48,921 bases of DNA from contig CP154954.1 of assembly GCA_039621445.1 (NCBI GenBank), positions 29,769,411 through 29,818,331 of the forward strand. The letters are read 5' to 3'. The position numbers and the translations under genes were made by a program. Shown piece after piece: positions 46,266-48,921 of the stretch. The notes under the pieces are model-generated. The model did not search any database. It was not told where the DNA came from and worked only from the letters and a program-made list of their open reading frames with translations. Within the stretch, counting starts at the first letter, position 1, and the number at the start of each line of letters is the position of its first letter. Source of the DNA: Euglena gracilis (Eukaryota).

Positions 46266-48921
46266 AATGCTCTCCCATTCAGCTGTCCCATTACCCCCCC
46301 CCCCAATACAAGAAACTGGTTGCTTATATTTGGGTTTCCGATAATCGGCTCCAGGGGTTGCTTATATTTTGAATTCCCTGATTTCGGCCGTTTTATGCCA
46401 TTGAAAATTCCTTCACATCGTCCAATCAGGGGTTGTTTTTATTTGGCTGTCCGCCGAAAATCGGCCAAAGGGTTGCTCATATTTTAGGTGTTGATGATAG
46501 AGGGGGTCGCTGAGCTCTTATCTCTTCAGAGTCAGAGCAAAGGTTACCGCCGGAGAAAAGTTGGGCAGAACGGTGTTTTTTAAAAATCGATTTTTTTTTA
46601 AAATATTCCGACAATGAAGCAAAATGAAAGGAAATGTCCGGAGACCAAAAATAAAGCCCTTGGAATGCCCTATCCAACAATGCTTTACTTTTTCACGAAC
46701 TCCCCACCAAGCCCAAGTTGCGGCCATTTTCCCGCCAATTTTGGCCATTTTGTACTGTTTTGGCTGGCTGTTTTCGGGCCATTTCAGGTAAAATGAATCG
46801 AGATTTTCAAAATATCTCCAAAGTGGATTGGGAACCTAAAATAAAGTCCCTGGGACCCTCAATCGCCCTGTATAGCCGCCAGGGCCAGTTGGACTCCTGC
46901 TCCAAATGCTGCCCGTTTTGGCCATTTTCGGGCCATTTCAGGTTCAAAAAAATCGAAATTCAAAATATCTCCAAAATGTTCGGGAATCAAAGGAAATCAC
47001 CGGGGACGTAAAATAAAGCCCCTTGGGACCCTCCATCGCCCCGCATAAACTGCCAGGGCCAGTTGTGCGCCTGAGCCGGGCCGGGCTGGGCCACCGGTCG
47101 CGCCGGGGCCGGGCCTCCGGCCGCCAGGTCGGGCTGAAGATCCGCCCTGGTAGCCAGAGGCTTCAAACATCTGTTGCGCCATGGCATCATCAGGCACGCA
47201 AAGGGCTCAGCACTACACAAAACCTGGTTTCTTATATTCGGGGAGGTCACTGTCTTTTTCTCAACAACTTGTTTTGGGGGGCTTTATTCCTTGGCAAATT
47301 GCAAACCATTTGCTAGAAATCCTTTTCCATTTCAGGGCATTCCTTTTCTGAAGATTTGTTACCCGAGGTTTTCTTGAGCCCAGGGTCCCCTTACATAAAG
47401 TTAGGGGCAGCCTGGCAAAGCCGCTGGACCGAAAAAATTTCGGCCTGCCAGCTGTCCGACCCCCCCCCCCCCCCCCAGCCAACCCCCCCAGGGGTTCTAG
47501 CCAGCACCTTTTTCCAGCCTGCTGGAACCCCCGCCCAGGTTCTTAACAAACACCCTTTTTGTTTACAGGTTTTTTTCACTGAACATTTCCAAATACATAT
47601 GCATGCACGCACCCACTCACACGCCCACGCACACACCCATGCCCGCCTGCCCACACACCCACACACACATACACACATTTTGCTTCTCACTGGCTTTCAA
47701 GGCACCATCCCCGTTCAATATCCTCACTGCGGGGTGTTGCAGTTGCACATATCATAGAACTTATCATGGCTAATCATATTGCTGTGGTAAGAGGATTGAT
47801 GGTTTGCTCTGCTGAGGTGGAGGGCAAGGGATGTCAGGGCTCCTGTCCCCTTCGTGTTTATATTGCTGTTTACATCTTACCTCCCCCCTCTGGTGTGTTA
47901 CGCTGCAGGGATGGACCCAGCCTGTCCATTCTCTCCTGACATTGTTTGAAGGGCGTGACTCTTTCAGGTTTGCCCCTCCACCATTTGCAACCCCCTGGGC
48001 GGTGTGATCTAAGATGGGCATTGGCCAAGGGAGGTATACCTCCTTTGGAAAATTTACCCCCTCCCCCCCGAAATGGTCCAGTTCGTCCTGTGAGATTTAA
48101 ATTTTATATGACCCAATCTTTCTTTCAAGTCATTTTTTGTTCTTCTACAAGTGACAGAGGTCACAAGTGTAGAAAAAAACATGGCATAAAATACTGATTT
48201 TTTTTGTTCACCGAGGTTTCTTTTGGTCTATTGGTGCAGACGTTTTGTATTTCACCCTCCAGAAAGTTCTAAGTATTACGCCTCAAAAAGAGTTTCTGGG
48301 CATCGGTTGACTGTATAGGTGTTTGCTGTACACCCCTGCAAATTGTGACGGGGAAGGCACTGGGACGCGGACGCAGTTTGCCACCAGGGCGGCAACAACA
48401 CTGCAACCATTCGGGACCCTCCCCCCATTTACAAGCACCTGGGTTAAATTTTAATCAGTGGGACTGCCCCGTGGGGCCCACCTGCCGTCAAATTAAACCA
48501 CATACACATAAAGACAATATATCTCCATTGACATGGACATAGATACAGGCCCTTAACGAGAAAAGGGCATTTCTGTTTGACACACATCGTCGCACAATGG
48601 ATGGCAGTTAAACTCATATGCTGTTTTGTTCATGCCTGCATTTGCACCATATGGGACCAGCCTTTTTTTTTAATTCCCCCCCCCAGAGCGCGCATGCCTG
48701 GGGGATTGGGTATGGGTTCTCGTGCAAAGCGCCAGAAATATATTTTTGAAAATGCCTTCAGATGGCCCGAACTTTAGAGGGCAGCCTCCCTTCCCCAGGG
48801 ATGGATGGGAAGCCCTTCGGTTTTCGGTTTTGAGGCAGGTGGCAGGTCCGGACCCCCCACCCGCCCCCCTTTGCCAGGTTCCAAAAATAGCGAAAAATTT
48901 TCTTCCGGCGCTGTGGCGCCG

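Overview
Repeat-dense eukaryotic nuclear DNA, most likely from a euglenid; this is inferred from intron architecture, not from a database match. (1) About 945-28639 is a head-to-tail tandem duplication of ~13.8 kb joined at a GGA microhomology. It consists of nested non-autonomous DNA transposons, a decayed pogo/DDE_1-like transposase fragment, a minisatellite and the Pro-rich 5' exons of a gene. (2) A + strand gene (~25567-42500) encodes a tandem-RRM RNA-binding protein resembling the ELAV/Hu-CELF-RBMS group. Twelve exons from 29417 to the stop at 42500 join in one phase-consistent frame (~473 aa), but only if ordinary GT-AG introns are mixed with non-GT-AG, stem-closed introns of the form N3-CAN...N'TG-N5 (euglenid nonconventional type). 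Four such introns are required and a fifth is a candidate. (3) The introns contain CAG...CTG terminal-inverted-repeat elements, some with 8-bp and some with 7-bp target-site duplications (TSDs). Best lead: 3 nt + CAG...CTG + 5 nt equals an element plus one 8-bp TSD, so this splicing rule would remove an 8-bp-TSD transposon scarlessly. One candidate intron appears to sit exactly on a conventional donor, implying a zero-length exon. Most ORFs in the supplied track are low-complexity artefacts. No rRNA, tRNA or CRISPR array was recognised.
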